DNA of 38,435 nt from Bellilinea sp. (GCA_036514835.1 DATBWK010000099.1:1-38435), one strand, 5' to 3'; positions 1 to 7,965 are shown, counted from the first letter of the stretch. Numbers and translations: made by a program. The notes: generated from the sequence alone by a model not told the origin.

Positions 1-1
1 G

Positions 2-241
2 GTGATCGGCTATATCCGGGATCGATACGGCTCGGAAGTGCCCGCCTGTGAAATCCAGGCCGGCAAGCGGATCAAGATCGAGAACTGGCTCAATGACTTG
101 TCCGGGACCGGCCTAACCTTCCTGATCAGCGCTACCGATTATAACGATACCACTGAGACGTGCACCCTGGGCATTGGCCAGGTGGATGAACTGGATGTTT
201 TTCTCTCCCGGCTGGCAGCGGAAAGCCTGTCTTTGCGCTAA
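2..241 (+). CDS. C-terminal fragment of a tail protein, probably continuing 37115->38435
   Basis: Open from the window edge; VIGYIRDRYG..IQAGKRIKIEN..TFLISATDYN reads like a tail (Tal-like) C-terminus; converges on the leftward arm. Confidence 0.6.
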   Translation: MIGYIRDRYGSEVPACEIQAGKRIKIENWLNDLSGTGLTFLISATDYNDTTETCTLGIGQVDELDVFLSRLAAESLSLR

Positions 242-246
242 GAGAG

Positions 247-513
247 TTAGATATTATTTGGATTTGAGTCTGAAAAATCGTCTACCCGATATGGAATGCG
301 GAAGGCATCGACAATTGCTTCCTCTGCTATTTTCAGCGCCTGATCTATGCCGCTGTTTAGCGTTTCTGTAGAAACGATCAGCGCTCCATCCACGGCCGGC
401 GACGTGATGACCGGCATGCCGGCAATAGATTCGATCAGGGCGGCACCGCACAGCGGGCAATAATTCCAGGCCTCCATGGCCAGGGCATTTGGATGTTTCG
501 GGCATTCTTTCAT
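247..513 (-). CDS. hypothetical protein with N-terminal Zn-ribbon motif
   Basis: CPKH...CPLCG; overlaps stop of upstream gene; last gene of the leftward operon. Confidence 0.6.
   Translation of the reverse strand: MKECPKHPNALAMEAWNYCPLCGAALIESIAGMPVITSPAVDGALIVSTETLNSGIDQALKIAEEAIVDAFRIPYRVDDFSDSNPNNI
361..376. repeat. parS-like palindrome (1 mismatch)
   Basis: CGTTTCTGTAGAAACG. Confidence 0.75.
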
Positions 514-842
514 TTAAGAATTCCTTTCTTGCCCCGGTAAGGGGAGCACACAAAACATTTTAACCTACGTGGGTGATTCGGGACATACCATTGGCCGCAG
601 TTGCACTGGCTGGCATTGACAACCTGGGTACCATCCGGGACGCGATTGCCCAGGATAACGATCACGGTCGCGGATTGTGGCAGGTCCAACTTTTGCCTGA
701 TTTTCTTGCCTGGATCGTAGCCGGTGGCGATCAGGCGGGCCATGGCTCCGCTTATGCCGTACTCAGCGCCAATTTTGCGCCAGGACGCTATCGGGTGCTT
801 TTCTGCCAACTCGGTAGATAGATGATCCAATGATCGCAACAC
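510..842 (-). CDS. putative HTH plus Cys-rich DNA-binding protein
   Basis: SWRKIGAEYGISGAMARLIA HTH-like segment; CNCG...CFVC; GGAG RBS. Confidence 0.6.
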   Translation of the reverse strand: MLRSLDHLSTELAEKHPIASWRKIGAEYGISGAMARLIATGYDPGKKIRQKLDLPQSATVIVILGNRVPDGTQVVNASQCNCGQWYVPNHPRRLKCFVCSPYRGKKGILK

Positions 843-849
843 GCCGCTC

Positions 850-1149
850 CTATGGGGTGTAAATTTTATTTACAGGGGATTGTAGAATTGGTTGCTGCTT
901 ATCGGAAAGGCGATTCCAATCCGGCCAGGATAGCCAGATCAGGAAGTCGTAATCCACTTCGACCAGCGGCCGCAGCTTATCCGGGAATTTGGAAGCCGTG
1001 CCAAGGATCGACCGGCCATTTTTAGTACCCGGTTCACTGCGCAGCAGAAATGCGATGGAAGCCGAATTCAGATCGGAATGATATTGATCAATGATCTGCT
1101 TCGCCAGGTGCAGGATTGAATCAGGTGCGGAAGACCAGGAAACGCTCAT
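850..1149 (-). pseudogene. phage metallopeptidase-like protein, apparently truncated before the HExxH motif
   Basis: IAFLLRSEP..NGRSILGTASK..YDFLIWLSWPDWNRLSDKQQ is normally followed by ALxDHELxH, which is absent in all three frames. Confidence 0.5.
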
Positions 1150-1661
1150 TGCATCACCTGTAATAACTCACGAAACTGGAATAACTGTGGTAATCTAAGC
1201 AACTTTACTGGCCGGGGCAGGGGCGTTCCTAGTCTGGTTGCGGGCTCTATGGGATATTCTGTCGACAAAACAGCAGGCTCACCTGGTGAAATCTCCGAGA
1301 CTGGATAGGCATTCAAAATTGTGTGGGATTCCTCGATATGGCAAGTTTTCAAGGCCGGATAAACATAGTCGCCTCTATAGGCTTCCCAAACAGGATAACT
1401 CTTCCACACCGGATCACTTTCCTTGATCGGATAGCCTTCCCATGCAGGATAGCTTTCCCTGGTCGGGTAGCCTTCCCATACAGGATAGCTTTTCTGAACC
1501 GGGTAATTCTCATCGATCGGATAGCCTTCCCACGGAACTACCGGCGCGGTCGGGATATCTTCACCATAGACCACACCGGTCAAACTGGCAGCTGGAATTG
1601 CTATACCAAGGTAAGCGATTGCCAGCAAAACGATTAAGCAAGAAATTAATTTACCTTTCAT
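1146..1661 (-). CDS. exported or membrane-anchored protein with hexapeptide YP repeats
   Basis: Hydrophobic N-terminal signal segment followed by (WEGYPx/KSYPV)n. Confidence 0.7.
   Translation of the reverse strand: MKGKLISCLIVLLAIAYLGIAIPAASLTGVVYGEDIPTAPVVPWEGYPIDENYPVQKSYPVWEGYPTRESYPAWEGYPIKESDPVWKSYPVWEAYRGDYVYPALKTCHIEESHTILNAYPVSEISPGEPAVLSTEYPIEPATRLGTPLPRPVKLLRLPQLFQFRELLQVMQ
1375..1536. repeat. nine degenerate 18-bp tandem repeats (coding)
   Basis: Units such as GGATAGCCTTCCCATGCA / GGATAGCTTTCCCTGGTC at exact 18-bp period. Confidence 0.85.
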
Positions 1662-2020
1662 TTCGATCCTCCAAATATCTAGTTATGATTTCGGCTGCCG
1701 TTTGCCAATCCCAGGCCAGGCGGACGTAATATCCTTGATCCCGCAGTGCATCCATCCATTTGAACTGGTCCGTCTTGGGCTTGTTCTTCCCAAACTTCAT
1801 TTCCATAAAACATGCCGTGATATTTGCCGCGCGGGACCGGCAGGAAAATATCCGGCACGCCGGCCTTGACTCCTTCATCTCGCAGCTTGCCGGCTACGGC
1901 TGGATGGCGATCACCGCCGTTAGGGATGGCGAACATCAAGGCCAGCTCCGGGCAGGCGCCAAGCTGATAGCCGGCCCACTGGAAGAGCGCAACCTGCTCA
2001 TCATGTTCGGACATGGCCAT
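1651..2020 (-). pseudogene. VRR-NUC domain nuclease (Holliday-junction resolvase-like), split by a +1 frameshift
   Basis: SEHDEQVALFQW..FAIPNGG..GVKAGVPDIFL (1679-2020 frame) continues as MEMKFGKNKP..Q..W..ALRDQGY (1651-1878 frame); one extra base in the A4 run at 1807-1810. Confidence 0.8.
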
Positions 2021-2026
2021 TACCTT

Positions 2027-2179
2027 TCATCGCCTGTTCTTCTGCTTTCGCTCGTGTCTGACATAACTCACCTCCCAGTGAAGACAAGCGCTGCATTGAC
2101 GCAGCGTGAAATTTTTCAGGACCGATTTTTTCCACGGTCCATATTTGTGAATACCGATCGCGCATAAAAGCCGGGTCAT
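2027..2179 (-). CDS. small phage protein (LLCxxGxHK...CxxC)
   Basis: ATG at 2179 overlaps upstream stop; MTRLLCAIGIHKYGPW...CSAC. Confidence 0.55.
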   Translation of the reverse strand: MTRLLCAIGIHKYGPWKKSVLKNFTLRQCSACLHWEVSYVRHERKQKNRR

Positions 2180-2364
2180 TACGCCAGCTCCAATTCTGCC
2201 TGTTTGCAGGTGTGGCATTTCTGACAATGTTTTCCCCAGGCCATCTTTGCCCGTTCCAGGTGGCTGCGGGCCGCGGAAGAATGATCGCCGTGCAAAACGG
2301 TGGCGCGGGCAGTGGAATAATTCAGAATCAGGCTGACGCCGGCCGGGCAGTAATGGACGCTCAC
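2179..2364 (-). CDS. small Cys/His-rich hypothetical protein
   Basis: Coupled by overlap to the initiator gene; HCQKCHTC. Confidence 0.55.
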   Translation of the reverse strand: MSVHYCPAGVSLILNYSTARATVLHGDHSSAARSHLERAKMAWGKHCQKCHTCKQAELELA

Positions 2365-3158
2365 CTGGCACCTGCTTTCATAATGGCTGGCTCTCGGATG
2401 ATAAACTCCACCCGGGCGCCAGGTGAATCGACCAGGCCGCGGATCATGCGGTTACAAATTGGTCCAATCCGGGATTGCAGCAGCTCCTGAGCATGCTGGT
2501 TGGCTACTCCGATTTTCAGCAGACCATTTGCCAGGCTGACCGGAACGGCCGGCCCGATCCAGGAGGTATAAAAACCGCGGGAGCTGGAAGCGGCGATTTG
2601 GCCAGAAATAAAATCCCAGATGGATTGAGGGTCAGAAAAAGAATTTTTGCGATCTTCACTCTCATGGTTTAATTGATGGTTAATTAAAGATTTGGGTGAA
2701 TCAGGTTCACCCTCTAAACGAACGTCATTCACCGGGGGGGGTGAATCTGATTCAGGGGGGTGAACGTCATTCACCGGGGGGGGTGAATCTGATTCGGGGG
2801 CATTCCCACCTATCCCCGGGTGTGTTTTCTCTATCCTGGTTTTCGTTTTTTCGTTTTTGCAAATTGAGAAAAGCAGGTCCATATTGAGTGTGTACTCATT
2901 CCCCCTTGTGTACTTGCCTTTTACAAATACTGGTTCAGCAACAAAAGTGAGAAAACCCGATTCCTTCAATTTTGCTAGGGTGATTTGAATGGAACGATCG
3001 GTCAGGCTTGTTTTTGTTGCTAATGTTTTAACGGATGGCCAAATTCCATAGCCTTCATCATTTCCAAAATCGGCCATCGCTACTAAAACGAGCTTTTCCG
3101 TAGAGGATAGTTTTTCCGGATCAGCCCAGAATACGAGACTCATTGCATCCATGCTCAT
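2361..3158 (-). CDS. phage replication initiator (N-terminal wHTH, C-terminal DnaA domain I-like)
   Basis: LSSTEKLVLVAMADFGNDEG..WPSVKTLATKTSLTDRSIQ wHTH; internal iterons; IWDFISGQI..FYTSWI..LKIGVANQHAQELLQSR DnaA_N-like. Confidence 0.85.
   Translation of the reverse strand: MSMDAMSLVFWADPEKLSSTEKLVLVAMADFGNDEGYGIWPSVKTLATKTSLTDRSIQITLAKLKESGFLTFVAEPVFVKGKYTRGNEYTLNMDLLFSICKNEKTKTRIEKTHPGIGGNAPESDSPPPVNDVHPPESDSPPPVNDVRLEGEPDSPKSLINHQLNHESEDRKNSFSDPQSIWDFISGQIAASSSRGFYTSWIGPAVPVSLANGLLKIGVANQHAQELLQSRIGPICNRMIRGLVDSPGARVEFIIREPAIMKAGAR
2694..2795. repeat. iteron array, probable replication origin inside the initiator gene
   Basis: 34-bp direct repeat at 2720-2753 and 2762-2795; five GAA-N5-TTC dyads starting at 2698, 2720, 2743, 2762, 2785; AT-rich flank 2665-2693. 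Confidence 0.8.
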
Positions 3159-3745
3159 GCCGGCACCTCCAGTAGCGTCATGCCGGCTTGATCCGGAGTG
3201 CGATCTCGTTTTCTTGAATTGCAGTATCTACAGGCTACAACTAGATTTTGCATTTCTGTTTTTCCACCGAGAGAATAAGGGATTACGTGGTCGATGGTGA
3301 TCGGGTTGGCTTCTTTTGTGCAATATCTGCAAAGACCCTTATCTCTATTGATTATTTGCTGCCGCAGGTTGCCTGCACCGGGCATTCGTTTGAAATCTTT
3401 CTTTTCGCAATAGTTGCGATAATATTCCAGAAATTCTCGAGCCTCATTTTTCTGCTTTTCAGAGGCATAAGGATTGTTTTCGATTGCTTCAATGCGGGTT
3501 GCAAGACTTGGATCTTGCCGCATCCTATCGAACGCATCGTGATCACCGCCGAAGAAATAATAGATCAACCATAAATCGCCAAGAAAGATCGTGTTTTCTC
3601 GAGCTTGATAGAGCAATGCGATTTGTTGATCCTGGGGTAGATCCCAAAACTCGGCGTTGAAATGAATCAAAACATCTCCACCTATATCGTCCTCAGGCCC
3701 TGAGTGAAGTCCGGCAAGTCCGTGCGTAAAGCTCTGATATTGCAT
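3155..3745 (-). CDS. HNH endonuclease
   Basis: RDKGLCRYC..TIDHVIPYSLGG..NLVVACRYCNSRK; ATG 3745 preceded by GAGGTGG. Confidence 0.9.
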   Translation of the reverse strand: MQYQSFTHGLAGLHSGPEDDIGGDVLIHFNAEFWDLPQDQQIALLYQARENTIFLGDLWLIYYFFGGDHDAFDRMRQDPSLATRIEAIENNPYASEKQKNEAREFLEYYRNYCEKKDFKRMPGAGNLRQQIINRDKGLCRYCTKEANPITIDHVIPYSLGGKTEMQNLVVACRYCNSRKRDRTPDQAGMTLLEVPA

Positions 3746-3756
3746 TTCCACCTCGT

Positions 3757-3793
3757 AAAACAAAAATAGGCCGTTGCACGGGCGCAGCCTATT
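3757..3793 (-). terminator. intrinsic terminator/attenuator just upstream of the HNH-rep operon RBS
   Basis: AATAGGC...GCCTATT stem followed by TTTGTTTT on the minus strand. Confidence 0.5.
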
Positions 3794-3802
3794 GGTTATA
3801 AT
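3774..3802 (+). promoter_or_regulatory. sigma70-type promoter
   Basis: TTGCAC-17bp-TATAAT. Confidence 0.6.
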
Positions 3803-3808
3803 TTCTAT

Positions 3809-3876
3809 GGCAGCACCGGGTCAGCGGTGAATGCATTATCCCGGAGAGGTTTTCTCACCTCTCCGGGATTGCTTTA
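3809..3876 (+). ncRNA. candidate ~70-nt small RNA antisense to the replication-operon leader
   Basis: Follows the 3774-3802 promoter; hairpin CACCG-ggtcag-CGGTG, then perfect 13-bp stem 3838-3869 and a short T tail; no ORF. Confidence 0.4.
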
Positions 3877-4045
3877 GGATGCCGGCCCGACCTTGCCTCC
3901 TTTCTAAAAATCACCCTTTAGAACAAAAATAGAAACCTGCTAGACTCGGACTCCGCCCGACTTAACAGATTTGCAAAGTGGCTTATCGGGAGCTTTGGCC
4001 CGCTCTGTGCATCCCTCTAGTGAAAATGGATTGCTGGAGGTAAAT

Positions 4046-4975
4046 ATGCTGCGGCTGCAGGAAGCGTTGGACATCTTCCTCGCAGCGATGGAGGGGATCG
4101 TCTCCCCTAAGACAATCGCTTTTTATGCTAAACGGCTGCCATCGCTGATTACGTTCCTGGGGGATATCCCAGCCGAGGAAATTGATATCGTGGATTTGCG
4201 CGCCTGGCGGGGGTTCCTGTCCAGACGACCGCTGCAATACACCCACCGGAAACCGCGATCTGTGAAAGATAATCATCTTTCCCCGAACACGGTCCACCAG
4301 TATGTGCGCTGCGTGCGGCGCCTGTTTCGCTGGCTTTTCCTGGAAGGATTGATCGCTTCTAACCCGGCGCAGCGGCTGGAACTGCCGGCGCTGCCAAATC
4401 CAAGGCCGCGGGGCATTCCGCTGGCCGATCTGGAGAAGCTATACGTTTCTGCAGAAACGGCCCGGGATCGGGCGATTGTGCTCTTCCTGGGGGATACGGC
4501 CGCCCGCGTGGGTGGCGTCGCCGGCCTGCAGCTGAAAGATTTGAATCTCTCACTGGGCCAGGCGATTGTTCACGAAAAAGGCCGCGGCGGAAATGGAAAA
4601 ACCCGCCCAGTCTTTTTCAATGAGCGTACCCGCCAGGCATTGGAGCTGTATCTGGCAGAGCGGCCGGATATACCCGGCTGCGAATCCGTTTTTGTACGGG
4701 AAAAATGCAACCGCTATAAACCCGGAGCTCTCACCACGGACGGCATTTACCAGGTACTGAAGCGCCTGGCCAGAAAAGCCGGAGTGAAAGCAAATTTCAA
4801 CCCGCACAGTTTCCGGCATGGATCCTTGCGCGGCATGCTGGAAGCCGGTATGCCGCTGCCGGATGTAAGCCAGATCGCTGGCCATTCGTCGGTTAAAGTA
4901 ACCGGTGATATTTATGGGGTCGTAAGCGATATGGTCCTCAGCCAGCGGCATCAAAAATACAGCTGGTTGAAGTAG
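4046..4975 (+). CDS. int: tyrosine recombinase/integrase
   Basis: Catalytic set TAARVG, KGRG, HSFRH, GHSS, DIY; GGAGG RBS before ATG 4046; next to attP-like site. Confidence 0.93.
   Translation: MLRLQEALDIFLAAMEGIVSPKTIAFYAKRLPSLITFLGDIPAEEIDIVDLRAWRGFLSRRPLQYTHRKPRSVKDNHLSPNTVHQYVRCVRRLFRWLFLEGLIASNPAQRLELPALPNPRPRGIPLADLEKLYVSAETARDRAIVLFLGDTAARVGGVAGLQLKDLNLSLGQAIVHEKGRGGNGKTRPVFFNERTRQALELYLAERPDIPGCESVFVREKCNRYKPGALTTDGIYQVLKRLARKAGVKANFNPHSFRHGSLRGMLEAGMPLPDVSQIAGHSSVKVTGDIYGVVSDMVLSQRHQKYSWLK
4444..4459. repeat. parS-like palindrome (perfect)
   Basis: CGTTTCTGCAGAAACG in int. Confidence 0.85.
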
Positions 4976-4984
4976 TTCTAAACC

Positions 4985-5032
4985 AGTGGCCTTTTAAGCC
5001 ATTGGTTAAGGGTTCGAGCCCCTTCGCGCTCA
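4985..5032 (+). other. attP core: 3' portion of tRNA-Lys(UUU), not a full tRNA
   Basis: Anticodon arm GTGGC-CTTTTAA-GCCAT, T arm AAGGG-TTCGAGC-CCCTT, acceptor 3' strand CGCGCTC-A; 5' acceptor strand and D arm absent. Confidence 0.85.
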
Positions 5033-5121
5033 TCGTCGTACGGACCTGACATCCTAAATTGTTAAGGTTCGGGCATCCCGGAAGTTTGGTGACTGGTCGG
5101 GTGCCGGCATACAAGCAGAAT

Positions 5122-5147
5122 GGCCTCGGGTAGCAATACCTGGGGCC
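5122..5147 (+). terminator. hairpin terminator after int/attP
   Basis: GGCCTCGGGTA-GCAA-TACCTGGGGCC with GNRA loop and G-U pairs valid on +, then GTTCGTTT. Confidence 0.55.
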
Positions 5148-5153
5148 GTTCGT

Positions 5154-5393
5154 TTATTGACTCGCCTTCTTTGTGGGATCGTAATCAAAGAAGTCTCCTG
5201 GCGTCAGATTGAGCGCATCACAAAGCCGCTCCAATGTTTCCAGATCAATCTGGCGTACATTGCCCACCAGACGATTCACAGTCTGACGGTGGGTTCCCAT
5301 TTTGGTTGCCAGGTCGACTTGCTTCATTTTGCGTTCCTCCAAAATATCGGCGAGCCGGAAACGAACGGCTCGTGTTTTCATGATTTCTAACAT
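5154..5393 (-). CDS. XRE/Cro-C1 family HTH repressor (79 aa, no peptidase domain)
   Basis: RLADILEERKMKQVDLATKMGTHRQTVNRL..IDLETLERLCDAL; AGGAGG RBS before ATG 5393. Confidence 0.88.
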   Translation of the reverse strand: MLEIMKTRAVRFRLADILEERKMKQVDLATKMGTHRQTVNRLVGNVRQIDLETLERLCDALNLTPGDFFDYDPTKKASQ

Positions 5394-5411
5394 AGGCCTC
5401 CTGTCAATTTG

Positions 5412-5484
5412 ATTATATAGACTCTTTGCGCTGGTGTCAACAAGTAAATTGCTAGTTGACAACCGGTATTTTATTTTGTATAAT
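5412..5484. promoter_or_regulatory. back-to-back consensus promoters with a shared dyad (genetic switch)
   Basis: Leftward TTGACA(5440-5435)-17-TATAAT(5417-5412); rightward TTGACA(5456-5461)-17-TATAAT(5479-5484); imperfect palindrome 5435-5461 spans both -35 boxes. Confidence 0.85.
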
Positions 5485-5654
5485 GTAATCATCTAAGTTG
5501 CTACACGACTAAACGAACTTTTCAATTATCATCTGCTACCCAATACCTGACCCGTGACTGAAGTCACCGGCTGGACATGAAGCCTCGAGGCCTGGGCGGT
5601 GGAGCACCTAAGCGGGGCTGGTTGCCTCCCCTCAGCCGGCCCCAAAGGATTGCC

Positions 5655-5864
5655 ATGACACAACAATGGATTTACGTCAAAACGAAACAAGGCCACGTTG
5701 GCCAGGTGCTGATCGATATTTCCCTCCCGTTCGATGACCAGGTCAGCGACCAGGTTATTTGGATGGGTTGGGATGCTCCGGAAGAATCGCATGCCGGCCA
5801 GGCTATTTTCTGGCTGGCCGTCTATTTGCTGGCGCTGATTGCCATTTGGGTTGGGGGTTTGTGA
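5655..5864 (+). CDS. hypothetical protein with C-terminal TM helix
   Basis: AAGGA RBS; AIFWLAVYLLALIAIWVGG. Confidence 0.55.
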   Translation: MTQQWIYVKTKQGHVGQVLIDISLPFDDQVSDQVIWMGWDAPEESHAGQAIFWLAVYLLALIAIWVGGL

Positions 5865-6229
5865 TGCTTACCAACAAGCGGGCGGCCAAATGCAAGAAGT
5901 GCAGTGCCAGGATAGCTGCCGGCGCTGGTATTGGGATTGGGATCCGTCCGGCATTTGCGGATTTTTATCTTTGCCCCACCTGCTATACCTGGAGCGTTTC
6001 TGCGGAAACGGCCCGAAAGGAAGCCAAAACCGATCTGCAGAAAATAGAAGCTCTTGTTTCGGGCAACGCCATGGCCTGGCGGATCATGGAAGTTGCCGGC
6101 CAGATCGTTTGGAATGCCGGCCCGGATGCGGCTATGGTTGCCCAGGAAATTCATGACCGGCTTTCTCTTTTGCCGGAAATACGTTTTAGCGAAGTGCTGG
6201 CTGAGATTGGCCAGTGCGGTCAGTTTTGA
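5864..6229 (+). CDS. Zn-finger hypothetical early protein
   Basis: TGATG coupling; CKKC...CPTC. Confidence 0.6.
   Translation: MLTNKRAAKCKKCSARIAAGAGIGIGIRPAFADFYLCPTCYTWSVSAETARKEAKTDLQKIEALVSGNAMAWRIMEVAGQIVWNAGPDAAMVAQEIHDRLSLLPEIRFSEVLAEIGQCGQF
5995..6010. repeat. parS-like palindrome (1 mismatch)
   Basis: CGTTTCTGCGGAAACG. Confidence 0.75.
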
Positions 6230-6239
6230 AGAGGAACCG

Positions 6240-6569
6240 ATGATTCACCGCAAACTTTACCACCGCAAACGAGCTGCAGATCCTGCTCCGAAAACGCTGA
6301 CCACCACGGCACCGGCCGATATGAATGCCCGGTACTGGGAGCTTTCCTGTAGATACGACATGCACCTGTGCGAAGAATTGATGGGAGAAACCTACAACAA
6401 ATTTATCTTGTTGACAGACGATAGTTTCACCTCGAACCTGAGCTGGAAAGAGCTGAAAGCGCGGCTGCTGCGGGTTAGAGGACTTTACCTGGAACTCTCC
6501 AAGCAAGCCACGCCTGAACAATTATTGGAACGATTTATGGAGGCATTACCTGATGGCTACCTCGACTAA
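6240..6569 (+). CDS. hypothetical early protein
   Basis: GAGG RBS before ATG 6240; operon continuity. Confidence 0.6.
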   Translation: MIHRKLYHRKRAADPAPKTLTTTAPADMNARYWELSCRYDMHLCEELMGETYNKFILLTDDSFTSNLSWKELKARLLRVRGLYLELSKQATPEQLLERFMEALPDGYLD

Positions 6570-7098
6570 GTACACTCGCATGGATCTGACCGCCCAGTAC
6601 GGCGGTGTAGCGGTCAGATGTTGGTCTGGCCACTGGCAGGAAGGCGATATGCCAGACCAGGAGATTTTCCGGGAGGGTGTAACCCTGGATCAGGCCTGCA
6701 TGGCGCTTGAAGATGCCGGCTGGTCCGTGGTTATTTTTACGAGCCGCAACAGCAATCAAACCGCCCGGGCGCTGCGCGGCGATATCACCCGCGTTGATTT
6801 TTACCTCACGTCTCAGGGATTGGCTGCCAAGCATTATCCATACGGCTGGAAGGCAAATACGCGGCCGATCCGGGTAGAGCACTGGCCGGTAGATCAATTT
6901 GAATCCCAGGTGGAGGATTATCAGGCTCGCGGATGGACGGTGCGTGTCTGGCGTAATGGCGCGCGGGCTTTCAAAGGCGCTCCAGAACCGGTGCGCAACC
7001 AAAATGAGATCATGGTTTTGCGGCACCGCGTGGAGAAAGATTTTCAGCACGGCGAGCATAACGATACTCGCAATTACAACCTGGCTTACGACTTTTAG
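6553..7098 (+). CDS. hypothetical early protein
   Basis: GGAGG RBS; 181 aa; internal duplication-like GWSVVIF/GWTVRVW. Confidence 0.7.
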   Translation: MATSTKYTRMDLTAQYGGVAVRCWSGHWQEGDMPDQEIFREGVTLDQACMALEDAGWSVVIFTSRNSNQTARALRGDITRVDFYLTSQGLAAKHYPYGWKANTRPIRVEHWPVDQFESQVEDYQARGWTVRVWRNGARAFKGAPEPVRNQNEIMVLRHRVEKDFQHGEHNDTRNYNLAYDF

Positions 7099-7107
7099 GA
7101 GGTCACA

Positions 7108-7965
7108 ATGGCAATTACTTTAAATCTGGAAACGGCACGACAGATGGGCGGGGGCATGAATATTGGCAGGGATATCAAGCTGCCCTTCCATGCGCCCCTG
7201 TTTTGGGTGGTCAATGGCGACAGCCGGCTAAAGGCCCAGAACAACGCTCTATATTTTGGCGGCTGGGCTGTGAAAATGACTGATGTACAGGAAGCACAGC
7301 GGGATTGGGGAATTGATTTCCTGCCCGGTGGTTTTGTAGATGGGGAAGTTGTCCCCGCCCAGGGCGACCCTTTCCAGGCCCACCTGGTTCGCAACCTGCT
7401 GGTAGCGCCCATTGGACTACGCATCGGCTGGATTGGTGAGGGAATGGCCCATCATGCCCAATACCAGGCTGGCGCACGGCAGCATGTACAAGCTCTGGTC
7501 TTCGTTGGCTCGCGCGAAAAAGGCGGCATGATCCCCTGGGGGCCGGCCGTGCTGAGCGCGAAGGGTTATCAGGCTGGGAACGTCGTTAAAGCATTTAAGG
7601 ATTGGGAACGGCATACAGCCGCAGCCCGCAAGACGGCCGCCCCAGGCGTTCCGGCATGGGCGTTTTACCTATCCGTCGGCACCTTCGGTAAGGAGCGGGT
7701 TGCCATCAGCGTGGGCAAAAGTAGCAAGTCGCCCATTACGCCGATTGGCGCCTATTTGCCTGAATCTATGGATGAAAAACTACTGGAGTCGCTTTTCGTC
7801 GGGGAGGAGATTGCGAAGGAAATGGTCACTTATTTGGCAGATGCCGGCGAATGGTTGAACGCCTGGGCGAAGCTGGGGGGCAATGGAAATGTCCAATCTA
7901 TTGGCGGAGGCCCCGAGTTCGATGATTTCATACCCGATCAACCTGGCGAGGATGTCCCCTTCTAA
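7108..7965 (+). CDS. putative ssDNA-binding/recombination protein
   Basis: AGGAGG RBS; Gly-rich linker and acidic C-terminal tip EFDDFIPDQPGEDVPF typical of SSBs. Confidence 0.5.
   Translation: MAITLNLETARQMGGGMNIGRDIKLPFHAPLFWVVNGDSRLKAQNNALYFGGWAVKMTDVQEAQRDWGIDFLPGGFVDGEVVPAQGDPFQAHLVRNLLVAPIGLRIGWIGEGMAHHAQYQAGARQHVQALVFVGSREKGGMIPWGPAVLSAKGYQAGNVVKAFKDWERHTAAARKTAAPGVPAWAFYLSVGTFGKERVAISVGKSSKSPITPIGAYLPESMDEKLLESLFVGEEIAKEMVTYLADAGEWLNAWAKLGGNGNVQSIGGGPEFDDFIPDQPGEDVPF

Noticed and set aside
1375-1536. 18-bp repeats as a CRISPR or other guide array for the type IV-B genes
   Set aside because: No repeat-spacer alternation; the period is a multiple of 3 and variation preserves a YP peptide inside a signal-peptide ORF
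2694-2795. 34-bp direct repeat as a mini CRISPR array
   Set aside because: Only 8 bp between copies and located inside the initiator gene; fits iterons
4960-5035. Complete tRNA-Lys gene
   Set aside because: 5' acceptor strand and D arm are missing; upstream sequence is the int 3' end
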